Below are positions 11,185-22,779 of a stretch of 64,000 nucleotides of DNA, piece after piece. How positions within the stretch are numbered: position 1 is the stretch's first letter; every line of letters starts with the position of its first letter. The DNA comes from Eledone cirrhosa (taxonomy: Eukaryota), in NCBI GenBank assembly GCA_964016885.1, contig OZ024740.1, positions 286,192,001 to 286,256,000 on the forward strand, given 5' to 3'. The position numbers and the translations under genes are program-made. Under the pieces are notes generated by a model, which was not told where the DNA came from, did not search any database, and was given only the letters and a program-made list of their open reading frames with translations.

Positions 11185-12790
11185 GTTTAACGTCCATGTT
11201 CCACGCTTGCATGGGTTTGGACGGGAGTTTTCCCACTTGAGGCAAGAGTGGTTGTCTTGCTCGCATAGGACTGTCTGGCGGGTTTTCTACAGCTGGATGC
11301 CCTTCCTAACACCAACCACTTTTACAGTGTGGGACTGGGAGGTTTTTACCGTGTTGCCTACACGGCCACATTACAGCGTGGACTGTGTTTTTTTGTCGTG
11401 ACACCTACACGACCTCATTTGTTTCGGCCTGGATGTTGTGGCATCAACATAACTTTACATTGAAAGGGGCGTGTGGATGGGGTGGGGGGACGGGGGTGTA
11501 TTTTGTTAGAGGTGCCTACTGACTGTAGTAGGTTTTACTTTGTATTTAGGTAAGGCGTGTCTTCTCTATTACTGAGTGCCGCCAAAGGTCTCGGTCCAGT
11601 GACATTGTCTTGGAGAGGTGTAAGTGTGTGAGGTCGGAGTTTATCAGGTCGTCCCAGGTTTTTCTGGGTCTGCCTACTCCGTGGCTACCGTCTATCTTTA
11701 TTGCCCTGCACTTTTTTATACAGCTGTCGTCTTTCATGCGCATTACGTGACCATACCAACGTAGCCTTCTCTCGAGTAAACAACATCTGATCCCTCTTAT
11801 TTCTAATTTTTCCCTTAGCTCATTAATGCTTTGCCGTTCGCGTATATTACTATTACACATCCAGCAGAGCATGCAAGTTTCGTTCCTCTCTAGTCTGCGT
11901 ATATCCTCTGCACACTATGCCCAGGTCTCACTGCCATGCAATATTGCTGTTCGTATGCAGGCATCATACAGCCTGCCTTTCATTTTTAGGGAGAACCCTT
12001 TAGCGACTAATAGTGGTATAAGCTCTCTGAACTTTTTCCATCCAGTTCTGACTCTAGCTACTGTACTTTCAGAGCACCCTCCCCCACTGCTGATTTTGTC
12101 ACCCAGGTAACGGAAGCTGTCCACTATTTCTATAGAACCCTCTGCGCAATTGAAAGAGCTAGTATTTTGTGGGCACTTGCTGCTACTTATTGCACCAGAG
12201 CACCGGCCACATGTAAAATCTATGTTCTTAGTTAGCTTACCTATGATCCCACTACATCTTTTATGCACCCATACTTTGCATTTGGGACATGAAATGGAGT
12301 TTCTACCTACGCTTTTCCTACACACTGAGCATGGCCATTTCCTGGAAGGGACCAGCGCCTTATTTTCTTTCCTACAAACTAGAACTTTAGTCTTAGCCAG
12401 GTTAATTTTAAGGCCTTTTGATTCTAGGCCGTGCTTCCATGTTTGGAATTTCTTCTCTAGCTTGGCCATTGATTCAGCTATGAGCATTAGATCATCTGCG
12501 TATAGGAGTTCCCATGGGCAGCCGGTCTTGAACTCCACTCTTATAGCCTGAAGGGCAATAATAAATAGTAGGGGGCTAAGAACAGAGCCCTGATGAACAC
12601 CAACTTTTACGCTAAACTCTTCACTATATTCGTTGTTAATTCTAACCTTGCTGACTGTTTCTTTATACATGGCTTGTATAGCTCTCACAAGCCATTCATC
12701 AACACCTAGTTTTCTAAGAGCCCACCAGATAATGGAACGGGGGACTCTGTCGAAGGCTTTCTCCAAGTCGACGAAAGCTAAGTATAGGGG
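11139..12790 (-). mobile_element. 5'-truncated RTE LINE, family 2
   Basis: ORFs 11915..12766 and 11546..11872 (RT, PHD-like, C-terminus), about 400-bp 3' UTR, (ATG)n tail, (TA)n at both ends. Confidence 0.95.
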
Positions 12791-12841
12791 TATATATATA
12801 TATATATATAAGCAAACCGGGTGAATATATATATATATATA

Positions 12842-13112
12842 TCAGACCGGGTGATGTGTTGTTTCCTTGAGCAAGACACTTTATTTCACATTGCTCCAGC
12901 TTACTCAGCTGTAGAAATGAGATGATAGGGACTGGGGTCCATATCGTTCCACTGCAAAGTGATTGTGGAGGTGCCACGGCAAAAAAGCACCCAGCACTCA
13001 CTGTAAATGAGGTTGGTGTTAGGAAGGGCATCCAGCTGTAGAAACCAAGCCAGAATCAGTTCCCGTCCCACCCTTGCAAGCAGGGAAAAAGCGAACGTAA
13101 AATGAAATGAAG
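12842..13112 (+). mobile_element. SINE family B, 5'-truncated
   Basis: Matches the full copy at 54984-55328; ends with the RTE family 1 3' terminus. Confidence 0.85.
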
Positions 13113-13334
13113 GAAATGAATATATATATATATAGCATAAACCCTTAATATGCAAACATGGAAGTAATATATACTTTAAAACATGATAATTAGCTATTTG
13201 TCTTAAAAAAAAACTTTCATGTGCTTTTACCAATAAGAAGAAAATTCATGATTGGAGATTATTCATTTGTACTCTCTCCCCCAATCAACAATTTTTGCAT
13301 TCAATTAAGCATATACCTATTTACCAGGTTTAAA

Positions 13335-13384
<50 letters not shown>

Positions 13385-13547
13385 TTCAAGAGTAACCAAT
13401 CTTAAAGAGAGAGATGGAGATATGAGAGGAGAGATTGGTGAATTAGTTAGAAGCCAAAGCGTAAAGGTATGTGCTCAATGTGCAATATGCAGTAGAAAGC
13501 AGCTAGGTGGCTGGGTTCATGCAGAAGTTAGGTACGCAGAGCTGGAA

Positions 13548-14703
13548 ATATTCATTAGTTAAACAAAACAAGACCACAAATTTCACAAGGAAGACATTAT
13601 TAAAAGATTGTCAACATATTTTAGTTTGATGTAAGGAATGTAGACAATAATAATAATAATATTAATAATAATAATGTCCGTTTACAATTGTTTCGCTACT
13701 TCATATAATATTTCTGGATCAGATGACTATATATCATAATTGATCTGGTTCAGTTGAAAATAATTAACATATTTAAAAGACAGAGCAGCTCATCGGAACT
13801 TCAAAGGAATATAAATTAAAATAATGAGAGAATGTTACATAATATAATGTTCCATATATTGGTTTTTCACTATGGTGTCTTGGTTGCATCAGTTGTCAGC
13901 CATAATCAAGCAGTATTCATCTGTCGAGGCTGCATTGTGTGAGATCTGCCTATGGGTAACAAGATGGCTGCCAAAGGACATATTTACCTTACTAATTAGA
14001 GGGTGGTTTCAGGGGAAGTAACTCCTCGAGAGGTTAGAAATTGTGGGTAGTTTATAGTTAAGTGCTAATTTAAAAATGTTTTAATTGAGAGACAATGTAG
14101 GGGAGGTAACTTATAATTATCTAAGTTAGTCATAGCTAATTAACTTATTAGCTACAAGTAAAAATGGGGCTAGATGACTAAGTTGGGTCAAATATTCTAT
14201 TGGCGAAGGAATTAGCCCTTCGATGTTGACAGATAATAGTTACCTCCGTTCTATCGTTAATCGGTAGAGGTCGTGATAGAGTTATGTAATATGCTTCTGT
14301 AATACAGAGATCACAAGATTTTCTTCGTCCATTGATCGGTTGGGCCCTAGCCACGATATCCCATTTTAGTGAGTGTTGAACGTTGCTTAATTTAAGGTTT
14401 TTAATGAGCCTAGCTAGCGATGTCGAACATCTGTTGCTAGGGTCTCGGATGGAAAAAGAGTGCGAGTTATAGCGTACCTTAAAAGGGTTAGAGGTAGACC
14501 CGATATAAGAGATGGTATTCGAAGCATTATGATATATAGTCATCTGATCCAGAAATATTATATGGAGTAGCGAAACAATTGTAAACGGACATTATTATTA
14601 TTATTCTCTACATTCCTTACACCAAATTAAAATATGTTGACAATCTTTTAATAATGTCTTCCTTGTGAAATTTGTGGTCTTGTTTTGCTTAACTAATGAA
14701 TAT
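13548..14703 (-). mobile_element. 5'-truncated Penelope-like element with an inverted partial pLTR
   Basis: ORF 14178..14543 has SYIGSTSNPFKVRYNSH..STSLARLI..LKWDIV..CDLCITE; arms 13548-13740 and 14526-14703 are inverted repeats. Confidence 0.92.
13680..13799 (-). ncRNA. Hammerhead motif with long stem II insert (CCGAUGA variant)
   Basis: gtt-CCGATGA-GCTGCTC...GAAGTAGC-GAAACAATTGTA-aac on the minus strand. Confidence 0.6.
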
Positions 14704-15470
14704 ATATATATGCATGTGTGTGTATATGTGTTTCACAAAACAACAGCTGCAGTTTATGACAGTGCAGTTTTGTGCATTAAGGTGGTACTGCACTTGTGAT
14801 GCCAGTTTGTGCAACAGACTGAATGATCGATCTGTTGGTGGGATGCATGTGAGACAATAACAAAACAAAATACAAAATGGACAGGAAAATTTACAGCAAC
14901 ACTAGAGAAAATTATCAAGGCAGAACAAAGCTGTTTAGGGGCCTGTTAGGATCCTCTCAAAATTCAAAGAGACTGAAAGCTTTTTATGAGGGAAAGTTGT
15001 GTGTCAAATATTCACAAGCCCCTGCTTAGCTTTCTGAGCCTCAAATCTATGTACCAGCTGAACACTCTTCTAATAGGTTCTGCTTCTGTGGATTCATTGT
15101 TGCTGACACAGACCATCACCAGTTTCCTCAGATTTTGAGTCTATCAGGCAGCCATTGTGCAGTAACTATCATGTGAATACCCACTACATATGTCCTTTGA
15201 AAGACAATCATGTTCAGTTTCTAACTGATAGCTAAACTTGTGAAGTAAATAAAGTAATCATATACAATTTATATTGCAAGATCTTACATTTACATAAAAG
15301 TCTGATATTTGGTGTATATCGGTTGAATTTACTAATAGATAATTTCATGCAGTCACTTCCTTTACACACATTATGTGGCTCATTGCAGTAATGAAATACA
15401 ATGAATTTCCTTCTGTCTTTCCTTGTTTTATAAATGGCTTCCTCTCAGTAGAATGTCATTTGTGATATTA

Positions 15471-15521
15471 GAGTGTTTCTCTGATGACAACAGTCAGACA
15501 TGTTTGAAATATCACACACTC
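15471..15521 (+). ncRNA. Candidate decayed hammerhead
   Basis: GAGTGT..CTGATGA-cAACA..TGTTt-GAAATATC..ACACTC. Confidence 0.35.
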
Positions 15522-15817
15522 AGTATTTCCTAAAAGCTTTTCATTTCAAATCAAACTTAATTTCGTCAATCTTAATTCTCTTACCTTTCCATTAAGTTGT
15601 CATTCAACTACTTATTCAACCAGGCAACTGTTTAAAACAACTTTTCAATGAAGCAAAAGGTATAAATATCAGATTGTAAGAACCTAATAATAATAATAAT
15701 AATAATGTTTCTACTTTTGGCACAAGGCCAGCAATTACCCCGGTGCATTACTGGTACTATATTTTATCAATCCTGTAAGGATAAAAGGCAGTTGCTCATT
15801 TTAGCTCAAGGCAAGTA

Positions 15818-15970
15818 CCGTATTTGCTGGTGCCACGAGGATGCACCCTAATTTTGAATACCAAAAATTTGAAAATAAATAATAAACAACCTTTGGCCTC
15901 CAGGACACATGGTAGATTTTTTATACTTATTTTAGGAAAAAAGTAGCGTCTTTGATGCCAGGAAATACGG
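15818..15970. mobile_element. Tigger/pogo-type MITE
   Basis: TA-CCGTATTT ... AAATACGG-TA termini. Confidence 0.7.
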
Positions 15971-16154
15971 TAATTTAGGGGTGGAATGGAAAAGTTTGAT
16001 TATATTAACCCCAGTAATTGTCCAGTACTTTATAATAAAGTTGACCTCAGTAGGATTTGAACTCAGAACGTAAAGAGCCATGATAAAATACTATGAAGAA
16101 TTTTGTCCAGCAACTAATGATTCTGCCAATCTACCATAATAATAATAATAATAA

Positions 16155-16311
16155 TAATTGTTTCTACTTTAGGCACAAGGCCAGCAATTACCCAGTACAT
16201 TACTGGTACTTTATTTTAACGACCCCATAAGGATGAAAGGCAAAGTTAACCTTGGCGCGATTAACTTTGCCTTTCATCCTTACGGGGTCGATAAAATAAA
16301 GTACCAGTAAT
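16155..16311 (-). mobile_element. Truncated SINE family A with a fold-back inverted segment
   Basis: 16199-16249 is repeated in inverted orientation at 16261-16311. Confidence 0.85.
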
Positions 16312-16429
16312 ATAATAATAATAATAATAATATGAAACAGTGAACCACTTAATCTCAGGATGTTAAGTTTTATTACCAGTAGAGTATAAATCTAGACAAA
16401 ACAGATTTGGCCAATACACTGGTTAATTT

Positions 16430-17050
16430 GTTGGTATTATAAAATCAAAACTGCTGACAAGTGGTACAAGCATAACCGTGAGGCTGTAACTGAAGGAGAA
16501 AAAGTAACAATTCTTTGGAACTTTCCAGTACATATTGACAAGACCATCAAAGCCAACAGATGGATATTATTATAAAATTGGCAGTATCGGTAGAGGGTCA
16601 GACACCATGCTTTGACACACAGAGTTACCGCCCTTGCCATTCTGAGTTCAAATCCTGCCAAGGTTAACTTTGCCTTTCATCCTTACGGGGTCGATAAAAT
16701 AATGTACCAGTAATGCACTGGGTAATTGCTGGCCTTATGCCAAAAGTAGAAACAATTATTATAAAAGACCAACATAACAAAGTCTATTTTTGACTGATAT
16801 GAACATCCCATGTAATCACAATATTGCAGCAAAAGAATTTGACAAGCTCTGAAAATATAAAGATTTGCTCATTAAAATTGAATAAATTGGCTCTTCAAGA
16901 CTGTTACAATACCAGTGATCGTGGGAGCACTAGGAATGATAAAAAAAAAGGAACAGAACAGTATTTGAGAATGATCCCTGGTTTACTATCTCTACAAGAG
17001 ATGCAAAAAATTGTTTTAACTGGTACTGCACATATAGAGAAGACCACTAT
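16430..17050 (+). mobile_element. R4/Dong-clade LINE C-terminal (REL endonuclease) relic, interrupted by SINE A
   Basis: KWYKH..VTILWNFPVHIDKTIKANR.DIIIK..KYKDL..VIVGALGMI..EMQKIVLTGTAHI. Confidence 0.8.
16577..16756 (+). mobile_element. SINE family A inside the R4 relic
   Basis: TSD ATTATTATAAAA on both sides. Confidence 0.9.
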
Positions 17051-17130
17051 CACTATGAGAATGATAACCCCCCCCCCCCATGTATGTCTGTGTATCTCTG
17101 TGTATGTATGTGTGTGTGTGTATATATATA

Positions 17131-17336
17131 TATATGAATGTATATATAGTGTATTTTGCAATACACTGTATGCTTAATTAAAAGCATTTTGAAGACCATA
17201 CGCTATTGTTTTAAAATAGTGACAATGTCACTTATTTAAATTTTCAGCAAACAGAACAATAGCGTATGGTCTTCAAAATGCTTTTAATTAAGCATACAGT
17301 GTATTGCAAAATACACTATATATATACATTCATATA
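17131..17336. repeat. Long inverted repeat (about 80-bp arms, 44-bp spacer)
   Basis: 17131-17210 is the reverse complement of 17255-17336. Confidence 0.9.
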
Positions 17337-17379
17337 TATATATATATCGCTATTTCAGAGCGGCAATTCTAATTATATA

Positions 17380-17422
<43 letters not shown>

Positions 17423-17589
17423 ATACTTTGGGAGGGTCATGTTGCCAATAAGAAACACACGCACCAGAAACGAAATATATATATATATACATATATAAAT
17501 ATAGTAATAATAATAAATTTGAAGACTTAAATCGAAAGAGGGCTCGATAAGGATAAATAAATATCAAATATATAAGAACCATAGACCAA

Positions 17590-17707
17590 ATATTTATTAA
17601 AATAACAGATTAAAGTTTAATCAAGGAATCGCTGCTTTCACCCTTAACAGGATCTTCTTAAGGGTGAAAGCAGCGATTCTTTGCTTAAACTTTAATCTGT
17701 TATTTTA

Positions 17708-17715
<8 letters not shown>
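17590..17715. repeat. Inverted repeat (58-bp arms, 10-nt loop)
   Basis: 17590-17647 versus 17658-17715, about 2 mismatches. Confidence 0.9.
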
Positions 17716-17753
<38 letters not shown>

Positions 17754-17899
17754 TAACCTGTAAATATAATCAATATGGTGTGTTAACTTTTCTGGCTTAC
17801 AGTGACTTTATTTGCCCTAAGTGTCAGGAAGAGACACTTGGCAAAAAGAAACAGAAACAAAACTGAAGGAAGATGAAAAACAAACTATCATAATGATAA

Positions 17900-19370
17900 T
17901 GATGATAAAACTTTAGATGTTCTGAAAATTTCTCCAGTAATATCAAACTTCCTGAAATACAACATGCCAGTATGGAATACAAACCTATCAGTGTCACACA
18001 CTGATGGAACTATAAATTCCAGTAGCATAAGTATTAACTGTGGTATTTTTCAAGGTGATTGTTTTCTCCTCTGATATTTTGCATTGTACTCACTCCTCTG
18101 TCTCTAGCACTCAACAAAACAAAATATGGCTACAAAATAGACAGCAAAACCATAAATCACTTGTTTTATATGGATGGCTTGAAAATGACAGCAAATTGGA
18201 AGGAATGTTGAAAACAGTTAAGGTGCTCAGTGATGATGTAGGGATGGAGTATGGATTGGGAAAATGAACCAGAGTAACATTCAAGAAAGGCAGAAGGGCA
18301 AACACAAGCTTAATGGAAATAAATGTGAATATAATAATTAAGGAACTAAAACAGGAACAAACCTACAGATATTTAGGAATCAATGAAGGCCAAGGTATTC
18401 ATCATGCCAGCATGAAAGAGAGAATCAGGATGGAATACTACTAGAGAATTCATGCTGACCTGCAAACTGAGCTTAACTCAAAGAATAAAATATCTACCTT
18501 AAATGCATTTAAATCCCAGCTGTCACCTATACTTTCAATAACATAAATTGGAACATTAATTAAATAAAGAAAATCAGGTAGCTACTGACCTGTAATAAAC
18601 TACATCACCCAAAATGGAGGTAGAGGAATGATCCAGCTTGAGCTGTCAAGCAAAATATCAATCACTGGACTTGAAACTACAGATGACTGGATGCTGAAAA
18701 TAGTTGCAGATCACGAAAGGAAGAAGAGGTTACATTCAATCACAAAGGAAAGTAGTTTGTGGAAAAATTGAGAATACTTTTTGAAAATGCTGGTGATTCT
18801 GCAATTAAAGCTGCAAAGAACATGAAAATGTTGGCAAAACATGAGGGTTAACAGAGACTATGCACTAAATGGGAGCAAGAACCTCTGCATTGGCAATATG
18901 TTCTCCATAGCAAAGAACCTAAAGTAGATAAAATTGTCACCCATCTGTGGCTACAGAGTTCTGAGCTAAAAGCAGAGAGTGAGAGCTTTATTTTGGCTGC
19001 ACAAGACCAGTGTCTTTCAATGCACAACTTTCAAGCCAATGTGATCAGAAATTGAATTGACCAAAAGTGTTGATCCTGCAATGAGCATGTTGTGACCATC
19101 GACCACCTGGTTTCAGGCTGCAAGGAATATCAAACAAGGCTTCATAGTGAAGGGTAATATTTACACTGGGTAATGTGCAGATTTTATAGTATAAAAACGG
19201 GAGGGAAATGGCACAACCAACATCCAGGTGCAGTAAAAAGACAATCTGATGGGACTTTCCTGTGAACACTGACAGAAAAATCAAAACAATCAAGGCCAAC
19301 AGATCTGATATAATTGTGAAGGAGAAAAGATGCTTCTTAATTGACATAAGCAATCCATCATAGAAAAAGA
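17900..19370 (+). mobile_element. Degenerate R4/Dong-clade LINE (RT, zinc knuckle, REL endonuclease)
   Basis: Across frameshifts: GIFQGD, HLFYMDGLK, GMEYGLGK, YRYLGI, ELKAESESFILAAQDQ, TIDHLVSGC, WDFPVNTDRKIK..ANRSDIIV. Confidence 0.85.
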
Positions 19371-21563
19371 ACAAACAAGACAGTGAGTAAAAAATAAGAG
19401 TAACATTCTAATTAGTTGGATTTCTTAATGAAATATTCATCATCATCATAACATTGTTTTTATGCCTGCTTTTAGATGCTGACAAGGGTTGGACCTCTCT
19501 CTTCTCTTGAATATTAATATAGCTTCTGGAAGCCTCATTACTGGCTTTATCTATTATTGATTAATATTGCTTACAGTTTTTTTTCTTGTTTGGTTTTATA
19601 TCATCATCCCTTAAGGAGGTTCTTGAGATTGCTCCTCCTACCCCCAAAACACAGCACAATATATATACCACTTTAGCTTCACTACTGACTATACTCTTAT
19701 TTTTATATTGCTGAATAACACCAGTCTAGGATGGTCTGTAATTGATTAATATTTTATATGTGAGCAATGTTCAGCTCATACAATCCCATGGACAAATCCA
19801 TTTATAAATTAGAAATGCAGCAAATTGTACCACTGTTCATATTCATGGAGGTCAACATTTTGACTCCAAGTTTTCACACCCTCTAATGGAATGTTCACAA
19901 AACTAATCACAATTATAAACAGCTGACATATACTGCAGTTGCAGTTGAAATTCTAGCCCCAGACTTTTATAGCAGTTGGTTGACCCTGGAGATTTAAGTA
20001 TTTTGGCTATTGACTTCATGGCCAGAATCCATCAGTCTTTCACTTTCTCTAACTACTTCTCTCTCACACACACTTTCTCTCTCCAAGAACATTGCATAAA
20101 TACACACAAATGTACAACAAAATACAACAGCTTTAACTAGGCATATCCTAAAACCATATGATATGAACTTCATTATGTTTTTCTTCAATTTGGCTACATG
20201 AATTTATCATTGTGTAAAATTTATTTCCCTTACCATTCAATTGGTCATTTCTATTGGTTGAATTCTTTTATTAAAATAAATCGATACTGTTAAAACTACA
20301 TTAAAATCAAATATTGTTTGCCAACAATTTGTTTATGTAGTCCACTGGCAAATTAAATGGTAAATCTAGCTAATTAGTTATAAATGGTAAATCAAATAGG
20401 TTATAATTGTTAACCCCTGACATTTGAACTTGCTTTTACTGGTAACCTCAAGAAGGAAGATGTTGACATTCCAGCATTTCTAAGATCTGAGTCATGCCAA
20501 AAAACACCTTCTACATCCATTTGTTCAAACAGTTATCTTTCTGACCCAAATTTCATATCTGGACATTTACTAAATGGCAAATTTCATTCTATGGTAAACA
20601 ACTGGGATTTTCAAACCAATTTTAACAAGTGAACCCCTTTCAAAGAACTACTGCCTTTTTATAAATTATGGCAATTCTGATATTATTCATGCTATTGCAG
20701 CTCAATGTGTGTTCAATATCTTGGAGAACATCATTGTTCTACAGCAAAGGTTCTCAACGGAAGGCATATGCCCCCCAAGGGGGCGTTTCAGGGCTCCAAG
20801 GGGCGTTTTGAAGCAAGGGGCGTTAGGGAGGCATTTGAAGCTTTAGGTGGGGTGCTGGAAGGCTCTTTACTTTGGTAAATTTTATAAGCCATATTTGTAC
20901 ATCTCTGAGACAGCCAGTGTGAATGCATTTGAATGAAGAAAATGAAGAAAATAAATAAAAGTAGCTTATCAACAAATTCCCTAGGGAGATAAAAGAAAAA
21001 CGAAAGAAATCAAAGAAAATGAAAACAAGGGCAACGTCAACTATGACAACAGTTACAAGAACAACATCAACAGAAATGACAAGAAATAGAATCAATGGTG
21101 ATGAAAGGTGTGGGTGTATACTTATACATACATACGAACATACACACGCATGCATACATACACACACACATACACATATATACACATACAGGCTGGCGTT
21201 GGTGATTGATGAGGTTGAAAAACTGTGGTAGTTAATCTCCCTAGGTAATAAAATCTGGAGACAAAATTCTCTCCTTACCAAAAAAACATAAAGCAGATCA
21301 AAATCCTTAAATATAAATGCATGCATATATACAAATATATAAATATACAGCTATATACATACGTAAATGTATGTATGTATGTATATATGTAAGTAGGTTT
21401 ATATATATATATATATTTTTTTAATTTTTTTTTACTTTTCAGTGTGGTCTACCTCTGGTGGTAGGGTCCGTACCATAGATAGAACTCAGTGTAATCCAGT
21501 GAAATCCATAGAGAAGTTCTGTGTTTCGCTGAGTTAATTCTTTAGATACACAGTCAGATATTA

Positions 21564-21651
21564 GGTATTAAATTAACAATGAAAATAAAAACAACAAAGT
21601 TATAAAGTAATTTGACTTTGTTGTTTTTATTTTCATTGTTAATTTAATACC
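21564..21651. repeat. Perfect 37-bp-arm hairpin
   Basis: 21564-21600 is the reverse complement of 21615-21651. Confidence 0.9.
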
Positions 21652-21924
21652 ATATATATATATGCACACTATGACAAGAAGCTTGCTTCCCAACCAAATG
21701 TTTCTGGGTTCAGTCCCACTGCCCGGGCCGACCAAAGACCTGTGAGTGGATTTGATAGACTGAAACTAAAAGAGGCCCGTCGTATATATGTATATATGTC
21801 TGTGTGTGTCTTTGCTTTTGTGTTTGCCCTCCCACCAATGCTTGTTGGTTTGTTGATGTCCCCATAACTTACCATGGTGATGCTCCAGCATGGGTGTAGT
21901 TCAGAGACAGGAAAAAGTAAAGTG

Positions 21925-21959
<35 letters not shown>

Positions 21960-21963
21960 AGGC

Positions 21964-22338
21964 GAGGGGTCTCAAACTCAAGGACACAAAAGGCCCATTA
22001 CATCCTGGAGGAGAGGCACAGTGGTCCAAACATGGTGGTGGGTGATGATTTTCACCAATTATAATCATTTCTACTATAGGCACAAGGCATGAAATTTGGG
22101 GTTTAGGGTCCCATTGATTACATCGATCCCAGTACTTAATTTATCAACCCTAAAAGATCGACGGAATTTGAACTCAGAACGCAAAAATGGAAGAAGTATC
22201 GCTAAGCATTTCGTCAGATGTGTTAATGATTCCACCAGCTCACCGCCTTATTTTCACCAGTTATAATGCAATATGAAATATTGCTTCTACCACGGGCCAT
22301 AGAAAAGTAGTTCGCGGGCCGCATGTTTGAGCCCCCTG
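21964..22338. mobile_element. Nested hAT-type MITE containing an old SINE A (about 22062-22248)
   Basis: AGGGGTCTCAAAC / GTTTGAGCCCCCTG termini; SINE TSD ATTTTCACCA(A/G)TTATAAT. Confidence 0.65.
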
Positions 22339-22344
22339 TTGGAA

Positions 22345-22650
22345 AGATAGATATATTTCTTTATTTGCCACAAGGGCACACAAGAAAAGGGGACAATACA
22401 AAGACATGCCAGGGATTTTACATACAGTCGTGTAAAAAATATAAAAACAAACAATTACAACAATCGAAATCCTCAATAGGGGGGAAGTGCCACAAATGGG
22501 TTGTTTAATACCCCGTTGATAGAACAACCCTCAACTCCAGGAGCGTGTTGTGCAAGTGCTCCTTTCTTGAGATAGATATATTTCTTTATTAGCCACAGGG
22601 GCACAAAAGAAGGGGACAAATACAAAGGGGGAAGTTTACATACAATAAAA
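22345..22650 (-). mobile_element. Two short Tx1-like 3' ends
   Basis: Minus strand GTCTTTGTATTGTCCCC..GCCCTTGTGGCAAATAAAGAAAT resembles the Tx1 3' end at 39520-39575. Confidence 0.7.
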
Positions 22651-22734
22651 ACGTTGAGATAGATAGATAGATAGAATGTACCAAACACACACGCACATTT
22701 CTTACTCTCTCTGTCTCTCCCTCTTTCTCTCTGC

Positions 22735-22779
<45 letters not shown>

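Noticed and set aside
13460-13535. Peptide CAQCAIC..WVH resembling a PHD finger
   Set aside because: Ligand spacing is incomplete, there are no convincing splice sites, and it abuts a PLE end
19600-20730. Stop-ridden protein-like frames, possibly an old transposase
   Set aside because: No recognisable motif in any frame
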